A stretch of DNA of 64,000 nucleotides from Haliotis rufescens (GCF_023055435.1 NW_025963868.1:25234001-25298000), one strand, 5' to 3'. Shown: positions 23,806-37,917, counted from the first letter of the stretch. Numbers and translations: made by a program. The notes: generated by a model not told the origin, from the sequence alone.

Positions 23806-25333
23806 TTGTGAAATAATCGAGTCTTGACCAGACAATCAAGTGATTGACATTATGAGCATCGACCCACGCAATTGGTATCGATGGCACGCATCAACCAAGT
23901 CAGCGAGGCTGACCACCCGATGCCGTTAGTAGCCTTTTGCAACAAGCATAGTCACCTTTTACGGCAAGCATGGGTTGCTGAAGACCTATTCTACCCCGGA
24001 ACCTTCACGGGTCGACAGTATAGTTAAATACCCAAATGAAGTGAAAAAGATTTTCTTTAAAGAGAATAAAAAACAAAACCTTCTCTTATAACACACTATG
24101 AGAGAATTTATTTCTTAAATCCAGAGCCTTTGGAACATATATTCGTCATGGAAAAATAGTCATGAACTTCGAACTGCAAGCATATCATTTCTGTATTTTA
24201 GTTATAGTTAGGCCTGCAAAAATCAAGAGCTCAAAGGCACTGAAGCTCACCTGTTTTTTTTCTATTGCAATCGTTTAGATAATAATCCAAATGCAAACCA
24301 AGATATATGCAAAATATGAGGGTGATTGGATATTGTTAATAGCATGTCAGCATTATTCATACTGTCATGGCAATCTGGACCAGACAATCAAATGATTGAC
24401 ATTATGAGCATCGATATATATAGAAATATGCATCAACCAAGTCAGCAGGCCAGGCCACCTAATTTTGTTAGTCGCCTCTTACCACAAGCATAGTTGGCTT
24501 TTACAACAAGCATGTTGAAGGCCTATTCTAACCCGGATCTTCACAGGTAAGTCTGCAAGTAATTGGATCTAGGCAACACAAATGATACACGCATTTCTGG
24601 TTGAATGACCCTAGCCCCAAATTTCTTCTAATCATGTTTAATTATTTAACACATGCTGCTCTGTAAAAAGTAGGTCACTGTGACCTTGTTCTTATTTACT
24701 AAACCTTTCCAGAACCTATAGTTGACTTAATTTCCCGTGATCACTGATAAATTTTAAGCATCAAGTGCTTGCATTAGAGGCGACTATTGGGATCGGTGGT
24801 CCGGCTCGCTGACTTGGTTCATGCATGCAATCTAATCCCAATTTCTGTGGCATATTTCTTCAGCAACCCATGCTTGCCGTAAAAGGTGACTATGCTTGTA
24901 AAAGGCGACCAACGGGATCGGGTGGTCAGGCTTGCTGACTTGGTTGATGCATGTCATCGATCCCAATTGCTTGGATGGTTGCTCATGATATTAATCACTC
25001 GAATGTCTGGTCCAGACTCGATTATTTACAGACCGCCGTCATATATACATTATAGCTGAAATATTGCTGAGTGCGGCTTTAAACAACAATTAGGTGGATC
25101 GATGGTCATGCTGTCAATCACTGGATTGTCCGGCCCAGACTCTATTATTTACATATAGCTGGAATATTGCTGAGTGCGGCGTTAAACAATAAACCAAACA
25201 AAACCAAACATCGGACCCATTCCGTTTGCTCGAACCGACGGTACTGACCCTAAACATAAACTTAAACATGGTAGTGTAACGAAGTTGCAAGTATACGTGA
25301 TCACGAGTGCGGCGTTAAACAACAAACCAACCA
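23806..25333. mobile_element. Several family B copies (23806-24014 -, 24375-24547 -, 24772-25333 + composite including the 101-bp module)
   Basis: Consensus matches. Confidence 0.8.
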
Positions 25334-26452
25334 GGTATTGAAGCAGGAAAGAAATGAGATTTACTGCTTGGGGCATCAGCAAGAGTTGTGGGCAACTTTG
25401 TGCTAAGACAGGTACAACTATCATATTATGGATAGCAGGCACTGAAGAGGACTTCGGAAGATTAAGTTGGAGTGTTGATAGCCAAAATACAATATTATGG
25501 CAATGATGTAATTAAGGTAGTATTTTTACAACTATTAACAAAGATAACTGTTGTTTCATTTTACTATAGGAATGTCCATGTAGGAAAGACAATCTGAATT
25601 GGCCAATCAGGTATTTCTCTGCCTCATCGTGTATTTCTTGAATTTGTTTTGAAGGGACCCACACTCCATCCATTGCCTCTTCCCATTCCTTTATCAACAT
25701 TCGGGATGGCTCATCCTCACGCCTGCCATTATATAGGGTGAGGCGAGCCACTACAAGGGATCTAAGCCAGGCATAGGCAGGTTGCGGGAATTGCTTTAGT
25801 TCGCAAAGTCGCGACACTTCCTTTGCAATGAAATCCCTCAGAATCTTCAAAGATTCTTCATCGGGCAGGTTGCCCGGCCTCCTGTCCTGGCTTTATCTAG
25901 GGAATTGGAAATTTGATAATACCTTTATTCCGAAAAAAATCTCCTTTGCACGATAGCATTGAGATTTAGCTTCAATCCATGCTTTTCTTTTCCATTGTCT
26001 CCTTCGGCGTGTGTATTTATGGCTTCCCTTAGCGTTGGCAAATCTTTTCTCAAGAACATGTCTTCAGTTGAAACATCATAAGCAATCAGGTTTCGAAATT
26101 TAATAAAAAGACGGGCCAGCTCTCTCATTTCCGTCATAACACATTTTCGTATTTCTTCTCTTTTCGACTTTTCTGATATTCTTTAGCAGAAGTGTCTGTA
26201 TTCGACTTGCTGTATTAAACCATCAGACTGGCAGAGCTTGCCCAACTGCTGAATCTCTAAATTTCTGTAAAATTTGATCATGGAACTCATGATCTTTGTG
26301 ATGATTAATAAGCCATTTCATCGATTACGTCACAGTTTATGTGCACATACGCGTCACGTGATACACAATAATATTTCGAGGGACAAACATTGCAGTTTTT
26401 CGCGCGCCTCTATTTGACAGTTGTTTTGACGTTTACCCGCATCCGTATTAAC

Positions 26453-29400
26453 ATGGCTTCTACATCGCCTTTGTTTAACGTGTCTCTGCTGCCTGAAGAT
26501 GTCCCTGGAGCTCAGTTTATTTATCCAGACGTCGACAGACATTCAGTTGTTCAGCTGAAACGGTGGTTGGAGTGCCGAGGCCTGCCGATGACAGGAAGGA
26601 AGACCGAACTCGTCGAAAGGTAAGTCGTCTTATTTATTGGTTTTCGTTAAAAATAGTATATGTAAGTTATGAGAATCTATGAAATATATATCTTGGTAAA
26701 GGTATCGTGCCGTGATTGTTATCACAATGGTATTACGGTACTCTGATGATTAACCCGATGTGCATATAATTTACGAGACAGACGTCATATCAAAATCCAA
26801 ACCGGAAGTGATTTCCGTAATATTTGTTCATGCTAATAACGGATAATACTGAAATACATTTGTGTGTTTCAACTCCATAAATGTATGTGGGAATAATAGA
26901 AATCTGTCGTATTCGTTATCAGCATGACATTTGCCTGGATGAGAGAATTCGGGCACTAAACGTTCGTCTGAAAAAGGGCAATAACTGTTCCAGTTTTCAC
27001 CGTTTCATGGACACTTAGGCCTAATACGTCCATGACCGTTCTAATCTAACAGCTTGGGCTATAATCCGGTAATTACTATATTATTTTTATTATACTCACA
27101 TGATGACCACAACCTGGTCTGGCAGCCCCAATACTATATGTAACTCTGTCAATGATTCTGTTTACACATGCAAACGTTTTTGTTATTATTACTATTATTT
27201 TCCAGATTTTTTAAGGCATAAATAATCCCACACAACGAAAATTTCCACGCGAAAATATAATTGAATTACCAAACAACTTTATAGCCATTTTCATCTCTAT
27301 GTAGTGTTTTTCTTCACACACTTGGGCTAATATGAACATAAGTATACAATTAATTTATTTACTTATATGCATAATTATTACTTCAAAATGACAACTGGTT
27401 CAGTATATGACACCATTGCTTCAGGTCACGAGTAAGAGCATTTCGGCATTTTCGAAATAAAACGGGTACCTAACCCTAATGATCGTAAAGGGGTGATTGA
27501 TCTTGTCAGTATTCTTCATGAAATTGCTATTTAAAAAAAGAAAGTATGTTTATTACTATACTCTGCAAAAAACTTGATCCTATTATCATGATTACCCAAT
27601 AACAATGATTAAAGTGATTGGACTAATATTACTAGTAATAATATAGATGGAAAGTAATCATGCAATCATTTACTAGTAAGCTCAGGGGTTGGAAACTGAA
27701 TTCATCTACTCATTAATCAATATCTGAAATTGTAACATAACTGATGTTTATCCATTGTTTTCACACAGATGTCAAGAGTGCATCACAGCTCAGCAGAACA
27801 CGAACATTGCCATTTCCATTGATAATGGGAAATGGTACCAAATAAAGGTTCAAGATGTTTTGGCATCTCTTAACAGGTAACTATGAGGTTTCAATTCCAG
27901 ATTTTATCTTTGACCAAATGCAAAGACTGCGTAAGAATGGGTTGAAATATTATTGATGCATTTCCATTTCTGGATTGAAATGGCATTGAATTCTGTTAAC
28001 TTTTGTCAAATGGATTTAATATTGTGAACAACATTTGTAATGGAACATCATTTAAAAAGTACCCAAAAAGAAAATGTAAGGGAATTTCCATTACTGTTCA
28101 CAGCATATTTATTCTGAGAAAATTATATTAATCACTTAAATACATTTGTAATTGAATTAATCAACTCATAAAAGAATTTGTTACAGGAATCCGAAAATAT
28201 TTTTCCATCAGGTTGAAATAAAAATGTTCGTAATATTTTAATTTTCAAAAGCTTCATGTCTTAATATGGGCGTTGTGAAAACAATATCCTTTGGGTCTTC
28301 TGTCATGAAATCCCAGGAACCCACCCGCAAATTAAATCAAATAATTGGTCCCTTAAGAAAGATAATACTTGCATCACATATATGTGATTACAATGTCACA
28401 TAGCTCGGTTTTAAGGAAGTTGATTATACTTGCACCAGGTGCATGTTGACATGAAAACCCAGTTGCACCAAACAAAATCAGCTTGTCCCCTGGTCCAATA
28501 AATATATCAAAGTTGAAACAGGCTGGTCTGCTGCCCGTGTCTTGTTTATTTTTGGATTATTGCTGTGAAGCGTAATAGGAACATTTGCACACAATCTAGA
28601 AGTACCCACAATGTGACAATGTCAAGCCCACGAAATCATGACAAATTACAAATAACACAGATTAGTTATGTAGTATGGTAAATAAACTGTACAGGTATTG
28701 AATGTGATCCAAGATTGATGTGTGGATACACAAGGGTTAGACTTATAGACACACAAATTTGGAATTTTACATGCATTTAGTGCATTTTGACATCAATATT
28801 AGGTTGCATGTTACAATAATATGTTGCACTGGTGCATGAATTATATAGCCAAATAGATACATGTGTCATGATTGTGTATTGCACTATTTTCTCTTTGTTT
28901 TACAGTTCAAGTCCGTGTTCGGCTGTGAGGCAACCTCCCACACCACCTATCACTGGATGGAAGGCCTTCCCTTCTGGCAACATCCCACCAACCTTCTCAT
29001 ATGGCGATATATACCAGTATATCATTGCATCAGCCAGACTACAGCCTCTACCACAAGTCACTCCTGTCAATGACAGTGATGATGATGATCAGGACAACAC
29101 CTTCAGCACTGCAAAGCCAATGAAGAAGGGACGAGCTTTTTTTAAGCGTGGCCACATACAAAATATTGAAACATGTTCTAAAAATGAGTATTATTATCTT
29201 AAATGTGAATGTCTTCCATCATACAGACTAGGTATGATGTACCATGTACATGTTACTCTTGATAATTTTGCAGTCATCCAGGATGCATCATGTGATTGTG
29301 TAGGTTCAGCCACTGGACGTTGTAGCCACATTGCAGGATTGTTGTTTGCATTAGAGGATTATACTGTCAACTTTGGCTATACAGCACCCTCATGTACTTC

Positions 29401-30442
29401 TTTCTCTTGTTCCTGGAATAAACCCCGAAACAAAACTAGAAACCCACAACCTGCCCACACTTTGCAGTACAGCAAAAAGAGAGCTCCTAACCGTGTTATT
29501 GATCATGACCCATGTCCTGTTGCAGATCAGTCTCACAGAGCTGACAGTAGTTTTGCAACTGCTTTCATTTCTACTGCACTTGCCTTGGATACAAATACTT
29601 CATGGCAGAGTATCCTAGAAATTACTTATGATGATTATGAATTGTCTAATGACTTGAAGTTATATCTCATGGATAAATGTGATGTTTTCATTGAAAATGT
29701 GAAAGAAAGTACTTCAGAGTATGGAGTTGGCCCTTGTGAAGTACCTGGTACTGTGGGTCAAGCAATTTCTGATCAGTGGCATAATGCCAGGTGGTACAGA
29801 GTGACAGCATCTATTTGTAAAGACTGTTCTATGGTATCCACAGATCGAGGTAGATTTCGCTTGTTATCATCACATGTATGGGGTATTGATTGTTTTAATA
29901 CTGTTGACATGAGGTATGGATCACATAATGAAAAAAAAGCCTTTGAAGACTATTCATTAAAATATGTAGAAACATTTACCTGCCTTGCAAGTGGTTTCTG
30001 GATAAATTCGAAGTATCCTGAACTAGGATGTAGCCCTGATGGCATCTTACAGTCTCTCAGTACAGATGTGGCTGATGGTGTTTTAGAAATTAAGTGCCCA
30101 TCAGTACTTGAAAACATTAATCCAACTGAGGCAAAAGAAAAACTTACAAAGAAGCAATACTATTCATTTTGCAGCACTTTCGAAAATGGCAGACTGAAAT
30201 TGAAAAGGAATCATAAATATTATTTCCAATGTCAAATGCAAATGGCCATCTGTGAAAAATCTTTTTGTGACTTTGTAATATGGTCGCCTGAGGGTATGTC
30301 AGTAGAAAGAATACCCTTCAATAAATTATTTTGGGAACAGACATACCGCCTCTTGAAAATATTTTACAAAAATATTCTAGTTCCTGAGATATTTGAAATG
30401 AGAGTACCAAGAAAGCTACTTCCCTTTGATCTGTCCAAGTAA
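26453..30442 (+). CDS. SAP + SWIM + YqaJ/lambda-exonuclease-like protein; exons 26453-26619, 27769-27876, 28906-30442; 603 aa
   Basis: SAP: VVQLKRWLECRGLPMTGRKTELVER; SWIM: CDCVGSATGRCSH; YqaJ: WHNARWYRVTAS, YGSHNE, GCSPDG, LEIKCP, YFQCQMQM; GT-AG junctions are phase-compatible (1812 nt). Confidence 0.9.
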
Positions 30443-32710
30443 GCATAACAAACATGTAACATGAGTGAATGTCCATAAAAAACAAGACACAGAAGTTAAT
30501 GGTCAGTGTGTTACATTTATTCACTTCAACATTACTTTGATCATAGAACTGAATCACATGATGTATTATTTCGAAATTTAACTGCATCTGCCGTCTTGTT
30601 TATTTGACTTATTGACTTTTGCCATTGACTTTTTACATTTCTTGGTGTGAATGTTGTCCAAACTGCATGAAATTGCTTAAAATGCAATCAAATGTTTAAA
30701 ACATTTCGGGGGGGGGGGGGGGGGGGGGACCCCCCTAGACTTTTCCTCTTTTTTCCGGGAAAACCTGCTCACATCCCTGTGTATAATTCAGCTTTTTTTT
30801 AATACACTGTACAGTGTATCCTTGTGAGGTTGTCATGATTATTAGTACAATATACTTCATGTGTAAACTTGACATTATACTAGGTGAGCTCCATATCGTA
30901 CCACACTTATGGTGAATATTTTTCTTGTGCTGCATTCATAAAGCAAGTGAAACACCTTTGCTCCCAGTTAGTATGGTGAGGGCTAGTACTTGTTCTCATT
31001 CAAGCTAGTAAACATTTCAACATTTTTTCACTTCTAATTGTACATATGCAATGTGAGAATGATGAAAGTTAATAACTAGTATGCATGGTGTACAGCTTTA
31101 GCAAAGCAACTAACTGTATTCAAGTTATGTTCTTACGAATACATTTGATAACTAAAAAACACCAATTTTAGATTTCCGCAGTGTTTATTTGCCTCGATTT
31201 ACAACCACGATAACAAAAATGTGAAGTACTGTCATTTGTAATTATTTTTATACTTTATGGACTAAGTATTTCACAAATGTGGATACAAGTTAACTTTGAT
31301 CAACACAGCATGAAGAAATTTTGTCGCATAACTACTTACTGATGCAAGTACATGTACTGTCATAAATCGTACATATGTAATGAAGAAGATTCAAAATTGC
31401 ATGTGGTACCTTCAGAATCAGGAAGGAGAAAAGGACACATTTGAGTTTAAATACATAATATGTAATAGAAACAATCATATCATGAAAACAAAACCAGTAA
31501 TGACTTCCTGAAACATTTGTTATTGTTTTCAAGGAACAAGAAGTACTAAGTTGACACAATCAGAACATATTTTTCATTGTTTAGAGTTTAACAAACAATT
31601 ATGGCGGTGACAAAATGGTTGGGCTGAAAGGCATAAAAATGTTTTGCATATCTACAGCGGTAATGTTATTAATATTTTTCATTATTACTATTTTCAAAGT
31701 AATAGTTACATTGTTGGAATATTATTTTATCATAAACTAGATCAGTGGAGACATGCAGATACTGTTACAATTGAAACAATGGTTGTGAGTGTGTAGTTTT
31801 TTTAATATAACCACGAATCATACTTCTCGCTGAGTGATACCTCCGTAATGTTTACTCTTGTAGTCTTGACATGTCAATTATTCACGCTGTACAAAAGTGT
31901 GCATACCTCCTATACGGAAACTGGGTCAAAGTTTCAGGCCTGTTCCCAGGACAGACATATCAATTTGTACAACAATACCATGTTCAAATGATCATTCCAA
32001 TACATGCTGCAGTTGTTGGGAAAAATACCTTGATAAACAGTGAAATAATTGTAATACCTTGTATTCTAATAACAGTTATGACGATACATCTCACCTTCAG
32101 GGACATGTCATAACACAGGTGAAGTACTACAGCCAACAATGCTGTTAAATATTGAAGTGGTTCAAAGCTCATATGATGATGGCTGCATGTCTTTGAAGAA
32201 AGTTTAGCATGATTCCAAAAACGATTTTCTGGGATAATATGTATGAACATTATGACACAGAACAGATCAAAATTGTGAATGATTCAAACATCTACATTCA
32301 CAAAAATAAAACTGATTAACTAATTAGTAGCTATTTGATAAGGACGCAGTGAAAACTGAAACAGACATGAGTCTAAAATTGTTCACCAGCGCCAGCCGTG
32401 GACATATACATGAGGTGTCAATAAAAAATTGACGTGCAATATTACTCTTTGTTATTATTTCTTGCTGCAGGTAGTGACAAGTCATGATTGATCACCGATA
32501 TATGGCATCGCAAATGGAACCTGGCGAAAGATGCTGAGTGATGACTTGGTTCATGATGTACATGTTTTAGTGAGCTTTTTATTGTAAAAAAAAGTAGTAT
32601 TTATGAGATATTGAAAAATAATCAGCCGATAACGACAACTACTCGGACTAGAATAATCGTACCTCCTATCACATGTATTATAAATTCAATCATGGTAATG
32701 GGCTAATGCC

Positions 32711-35484
32711 CTATTTAACAAGTGGTGGCTGATAGTTGGAAAGCATTCCTATAACAAAAACTATCTGGGACGCTAAGTGTTTCATTGAAAGAGGAATAAC
32801 TGTGTTTAATATACGATACTCCCTCAACCTTCCCACTGATCTCTCCACATGTATTCTTGTTCTAGCAATAGATCGAGTCAAGATATCTTCTTGAGGAGTC
32901 AGCTTGTCCCTTTTGCCTAGAAATGGAGGAATATTCAAGTGTGCTCTACGGCTCATGAGGAGATCTTTGATATTGAAGCCTCTATCGGCTAAGATCAAAT
33001 CACCTGGGTTAATTTTTTCCAGAAAGCCTGATTTCCTGATAATATCTCTGTCTGATATGCTACCTTCATATGCATCAGACAAAAATGTAACAGCACCAGT
33101 TGGAGAAATACCAAGTAAAACTTTCAAGGTGTTGTGAGTTTTGTACTGAGAGTACATGTTACCTTGCTCACCATAATCACTTGGTCGCTCAGAAAACACT
33201 TCGAAACAATCAACAATAACTCTGATGTTTTTGAAGCTTTTAAACACAGATGGCAATGTTTTCCTGATAAGATGTCTAGAAGGAAAGATGTGATCTTTCA
33301 AAGTAATAAATTTCATGTACAGAAATTGAATCCAAGTGGTAATGATACAGGAAACAGAACCGACACTGATGTTATATCTATAGGATAAATCTTTTGTTGG
33401 AAAGTTTCTCCTTAATCTGACAAGTGTCAAAACAAGCTGGTCTTTGATTGATAAAACCCGGCACTTGCCAGGTTTACTGGAACTTATCTTATTTCCACGC
33501 CAGTAACAGATGTCATTTACACCGTCACCAAGGGAAGCAAAAAGATGATTAAAATGAACAGTTTTCATGCCAGTATAGTACTTGAATTTCTTCTTATTAG
33601 ATACCAAATTATTAAATAGTAAATCACAGCTTTTGTTGTCAAGATCCCTGCTTATTTCACAATCCGAATCAGGGACTTGTGCTGTCATCTTTTCATAAAT
33701 TTTAGATACCAGAATGCTGGAACACACAAACTCAGTCTGATTAGACTCATGCTTCGTTGTTGGCATTGCTTGGCAGGCAGCATCACTGGACCTGAGCTCA
33801 GTCAAGGTAGCCTCTTCTGTGTCAGCACCAGTAGCACAGACATTCTGTTCCTGTTGACATAAAAATTAACTAATGATACATAATGTTTGATCATCAACAT
33901 CTAAGGCATGGTTAGGAAATTGTTGTATCTAAGTGGCAATGTCATGGTTGAAGTAAGTTCCTGGTGCCTGAGTGAGTATGGCTTTACACCGCTTTTAGAA
34001 ATACTCCAGCAATATCACGACAGGGGACACAAGAAATGGGCTTCACACATTGTACTCATGTGGGGAATTGAGACCATTCTTTGGCATGGCGAGTGAACAC
34101 TTTAACCACTAGGCTACCCCACCGCCCCTCCTGTTGCCTTGAGGTCATACTTGTAAAATCTATTATTTCAACAATACCATAATACCACCTATTACAATGA
34201 TTGCATCAGCTGCTATTAATAAGATAAACAAATGGTGAACAAACAACGTGCTTAAATGCTTAATGCATCAATGAAAACAGTGTTATCAATTTCAATGAAA
34301 TTGAAAAGGGCAGGGAATAACTTTTAAATTACAACTGCTTATTATCTAGCCATGGTGAAATGACATTAATGAGTCTAACCCTTTAAGGTTAGGTGTAAGG
34401 CGACATTTTCATAAACAAGTTATCTGCTGAAGCTAACACTGACTTGCAACTATGTCTATATTCAAAGTAAATATTCCTTTAGGATAACATTATTAATGGT
34501 TTACATTCCAAAATTGCATACCATAATTTTTTTTACTTAAACAAAATATGGATCTAATATTTACCATTGTTTACACGGTTAAATATGATTGCAGAGCCCA
34601 TTTTACATCTGATTACAGGCTTAAATAAAAAAAACTTTACAAATGTAATACATTTATGGCAATACAAAATTTGGTCCATACCAATTCAGTATTGACTGTT
34701 TCCTGCCACTCCAGGTGCTTTCTAGAGGTGTATGGGTGGTCAGCTGCACACACTGCAAGTAAAGATAGGCCATCACCTGCTGTGGAAGTGGGCTCCAACC
34801 TGGATACCTTACTTGGAAGGGGACATCTCACCACAGGGCTCTTTCTTTTCTTAGAAAATTTCACCACCTAGAAAAAAAATAATATATGGACTGCACAAAT
34901 CTGCCACTATGTTTGGAACATGGGCCTAGAATCTACTTATTGCTCACATGGTTGCTTTAATCAATTTTCCATGACATTTGAACCCAAATTAATGTTGTCA
35001 TAATTCCTAATTAAATAAATCTAAATCAGTTGTTAAATCTGAAAACTTCACCAAATTGACAAAATGTGGTATGACATATCCAGTAAACACTTTGAACATC
35101 GAACATTAATTTGACCTTCTAGGCCTAGTCTACCTATGGTGGTATCGACATAGATCTAGATCTATGTGTCTGACGTTATATTGAAAAAAATACACAAATC
35201 ATAACACGTACCTGATCAAATGTATATGTTGCCGGGATAGGATCGGGATGTTCAAGTGAAGGACCATTCCCGCCGATAAAGTGCTTTGAACATATGTAGG
35301 TGTACTTGTTGACCTTGTCCGTCGTAAAGCCCTCTCGACGACAGGCGCGAACCCACCTTGTACACTTCTCAGGCTGCTTGTGAAACTTAGGAAACAAAAT
35401 AAAATGGATCCCTGCCATGTCAGGCCTATCCGTATAGCGGTTGTCACTTCGGCAGATCCCATACGCACAGTGTTTAGCTGGCAT
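32711..35484 (-). CDS. THAP + HTH + DDE_Tnp_4 transposase; exons 35484-35212, 34867-34682, 33850-32711; 532 aa
   Basis: THAP: CAYGIC..FPK..W..C..ICSKHF..PIP; HTH: LVLTLVRLRRN..DLSYRY; catalytic IVDCFE, LADRGF, RIHVER; phase-0 introns, no stops. Confidence 0.92.
33968..34128 (-). mobile_element. SINE family A (diverged) in the ISL2EU transposase intron
   Basis: Consensus match. Confidence 0.85.
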
Positions 35485-36011
35485 CGTGTTAAAATATCCG
35501 AAACCCCGCTACGATTCTAACAAGCGGAAGAGGGACAAAATGGCAATGTTTGTCCCTCGTTTTTCGCGCATGCGCGAACCCAAAATAGAGCGGAAGTATC
35601 TAAAATTCTATTTTTAGTAGTTTGGCCTTGTTGATGAAATGGCTTATTGGAACTAAACATTTTGGGGATACTGGATCTGCTGTATTGGTATCACATGTTT
35701 TCCTATGGCGATAAAAAGTTATATTTAAAAGAAACCGTTTACACCTGCTACACATTTTCAATGAGTCTTCATGTTTCGGTTTTCTTTCCCTCATCATCAG
35801 GATTTCTTCTTTTTGATTTTTGAATTGTTCTAAATTGTATTCAACCATTCCCTCTCTCCGTTTCTGATAAAAAAAATGGGTGCGTTCTTTTTTACTTTTG
35901 GTCAAAATAAGCTTCACTTCATCATTCATATGGTGCTGTCTAATGATGTGTCTATTTAGTTTTCCCCCGCTTACAATCTTCTTGCCCCGCTTACAATCTT
36001 CTTGCAGTATG

Positions 36012-36280
36012 GGACCCGTGAAGATTCCGGGGTAGAATAGGTCTTCAGCAACCCATGCTTGCCGTAAAAGGCGACTATGCTTGTCGTAAAAGGCGACTAA
36101 CGGGATCGGGTGGTCAGGCTCGCTGACTTGGTTGATAAATGTCGTCGATCCCAATTGCGTGGATCGATGCTCATAATATTAATCACTGGATTGTCTGGTC
36201 TAGACTCGATGTTTTACAGACCGCCGTCATATAGCTGGAATATTGCTGAGTGCGGCGTTAAACAACAAACCAACCAACCA
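36012..36280 (+). mobile_element. Family B retroposon inserted in a Crypton coding exon
   Basis: 12-bp TSD TCTTGCAGTATG. Confidence 0.9.
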
Positions 36281-36608
36281 AAATCTTGCAGTATGTGCAG
36301 AATCTGTCAGGTTTCTGAGAAAGAAAATCTCATATACATTGTACTGTAAAAAAACAACAACAATATGTTATTGTACATTGTATCCATGTGGGTAATCAAC
36401 CCCGACGTTTGGTGTAACGAGCAGACGTTTTAACCACTAGGCTACCCCACTGACCCCAGTAACATACTAACGACACACCCAAAATAAAACTCATCACAAG
36501 TAATTTCATGAGTGAATGACCTTCAAAATGACTGTTTTTTTACACAAACTAGACATGTCTAGTGTTTACTCACATTTTTACTCTTGCGGCCTTGACCATA
36601 TGCGAAGG

Positions 36609-36850
36609 GACCCATGAAGATTCCGGGGTAGAATAGGTCTTCAGCAACCCATTCTTGTCGTAAAAGGCGACTAACGGGATCCGGTGGTCAGGCTCGCTGA
36701 CTTGGTTGATGCAAGTCATCGATCCCAATTTGGTGGATCGATGCTTATGACATTAATCACTAGTTTGTGTGGTCCTGACTCGATTATTTACAGACCGCCG
36801 TCACATAGCTGGAATATTGCTGAGTGCAGCGTTAAACAACAAACCAACCA
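36609..36850 (+). mobile_element. Family B retroposon, single-hairpin variant
   Basis: 14-bp TSD ACCATATGCGAAGG. Confidence 0.9.
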
Positions 36851-37917
36851 ACCATATGCGAAGGACACCCAAAAGAATGTGTTAAAGAGATCAAATACTA
36901 GCGATCATCTATATAATCTCTAACATCTGTTAGAAAACAAAATGTGGCCTTAAAGCTCAACCTAAAGAAAACATATTAAGTAAGCACAATACCTTGGAGG
37001 ATGAACGGAACATTTTTGCTCCTTACATGAGCAATGTTTTACATAATTGCCAAGAACTAAGATGCCATCGTTCATGGTTGGCATCTGTCCTCACTTTGAT
37101 AACCACATGATACACTGTAAGCAGACCTGACTTGGTTACTTAAGAAACACTTGTCTCAATGATAAATTACATTGTACTGGATCTGCGTCATGTGATTCAT
37201 TTTATTGTTTCCAAAATAACCTCAATTATTTCCAGATACAAATGGGACACATTTCTGCATTGATTTGCAGCAGTTTATAAAATAGGAAACACTGCATTAT
37301 ATCATATCTATCATCTCTATCTTGCTGCTTTGTCCCTCTTACAAAGAAACTCTGCAACCTATAACATTGCATATCAAATTTCAAAGGAATATTTTTATCA
37401 AACTATGTTGGAACTGTATAAGCATACCATTTATATCATATTTATGCAAGTAAGGTTCCAAAAGAATTCATTTTCCCACTTCATTTAACTGAAGTCCATA
37501 AAGAAAGCCAATAAAAAATGATAATAGTTTCAGTGCCAAATATCACAAAATACTTTCACACACTTCTATTAACACTAACTTTAATAGGTTTTTCCACATA
37601 TGACTTTGTGACACAATACAAGAAACCATTTCAACTTTTACTTGGAACTTGCTTCAATGCCTGAGATAAACTTTCATTACATACTTTCTTTGAAGTCGTC
37701 TTTGAGCATCCTCCAGCATCACTGGCATACTCCTGAATCATCAAATTTTTAATACATGCACACCGTAAGCATGGCAAGAGGGATACTATTGGGCATCTGC
37801 ACACAAGAGATGACTGCAGGGATGATGTGCAGACTTGCATACATACTGTGGTTTGGGACACACAGGCTAGACTGTCGGTCAGGGTTTTTCCTTAATCCAA
37901 AGTATAGCTGGAGGGTT

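Larger units (their letters stand above)
26310..35645. mobile_element. ISL2EU (PHIS group) DNA transposon, full length, 9336 bp
   Basis: AT|AAGCCATTTCATC ... GATGAAATGGCTT|AT: 13-bp TIR and AT TSD; convergent exonuclease and THAP-transposase genes; removing it restores the host frame (VPINHH). Confidence 0.92.
13893..36314 (-). pseudogene. Large spliced Crypton-type tyrosine-recombinase gene, decayed and split by nested insertions
   Basis: Collinear exons on -: RFCTYCK..KLNRH..H and CSRC..HRKTC (36314-35648); MTEMRELARL..GLKLNL (26137-25950); RLTLYNGRR..EPSRM (~25750-25700); GKGRKLVPVL..NVFLFA (~23790-23670); ATRNRHRVST..MGH..ENYQ, the YR catalytic H-x-x-R/H/Y region (~23590-23465); C-terminal TW..E..F..LP|GKMEI..KIRTKLFN (15150-13893). 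Confidence 0.7.

Noticed and set aside
28832-30442. Viral or phage insertion (YqaJ recombinase/alkaline exonuclease)
   Set aside because: The gene is spliced and lies inside ISL2EU TIRs with its transposase partner
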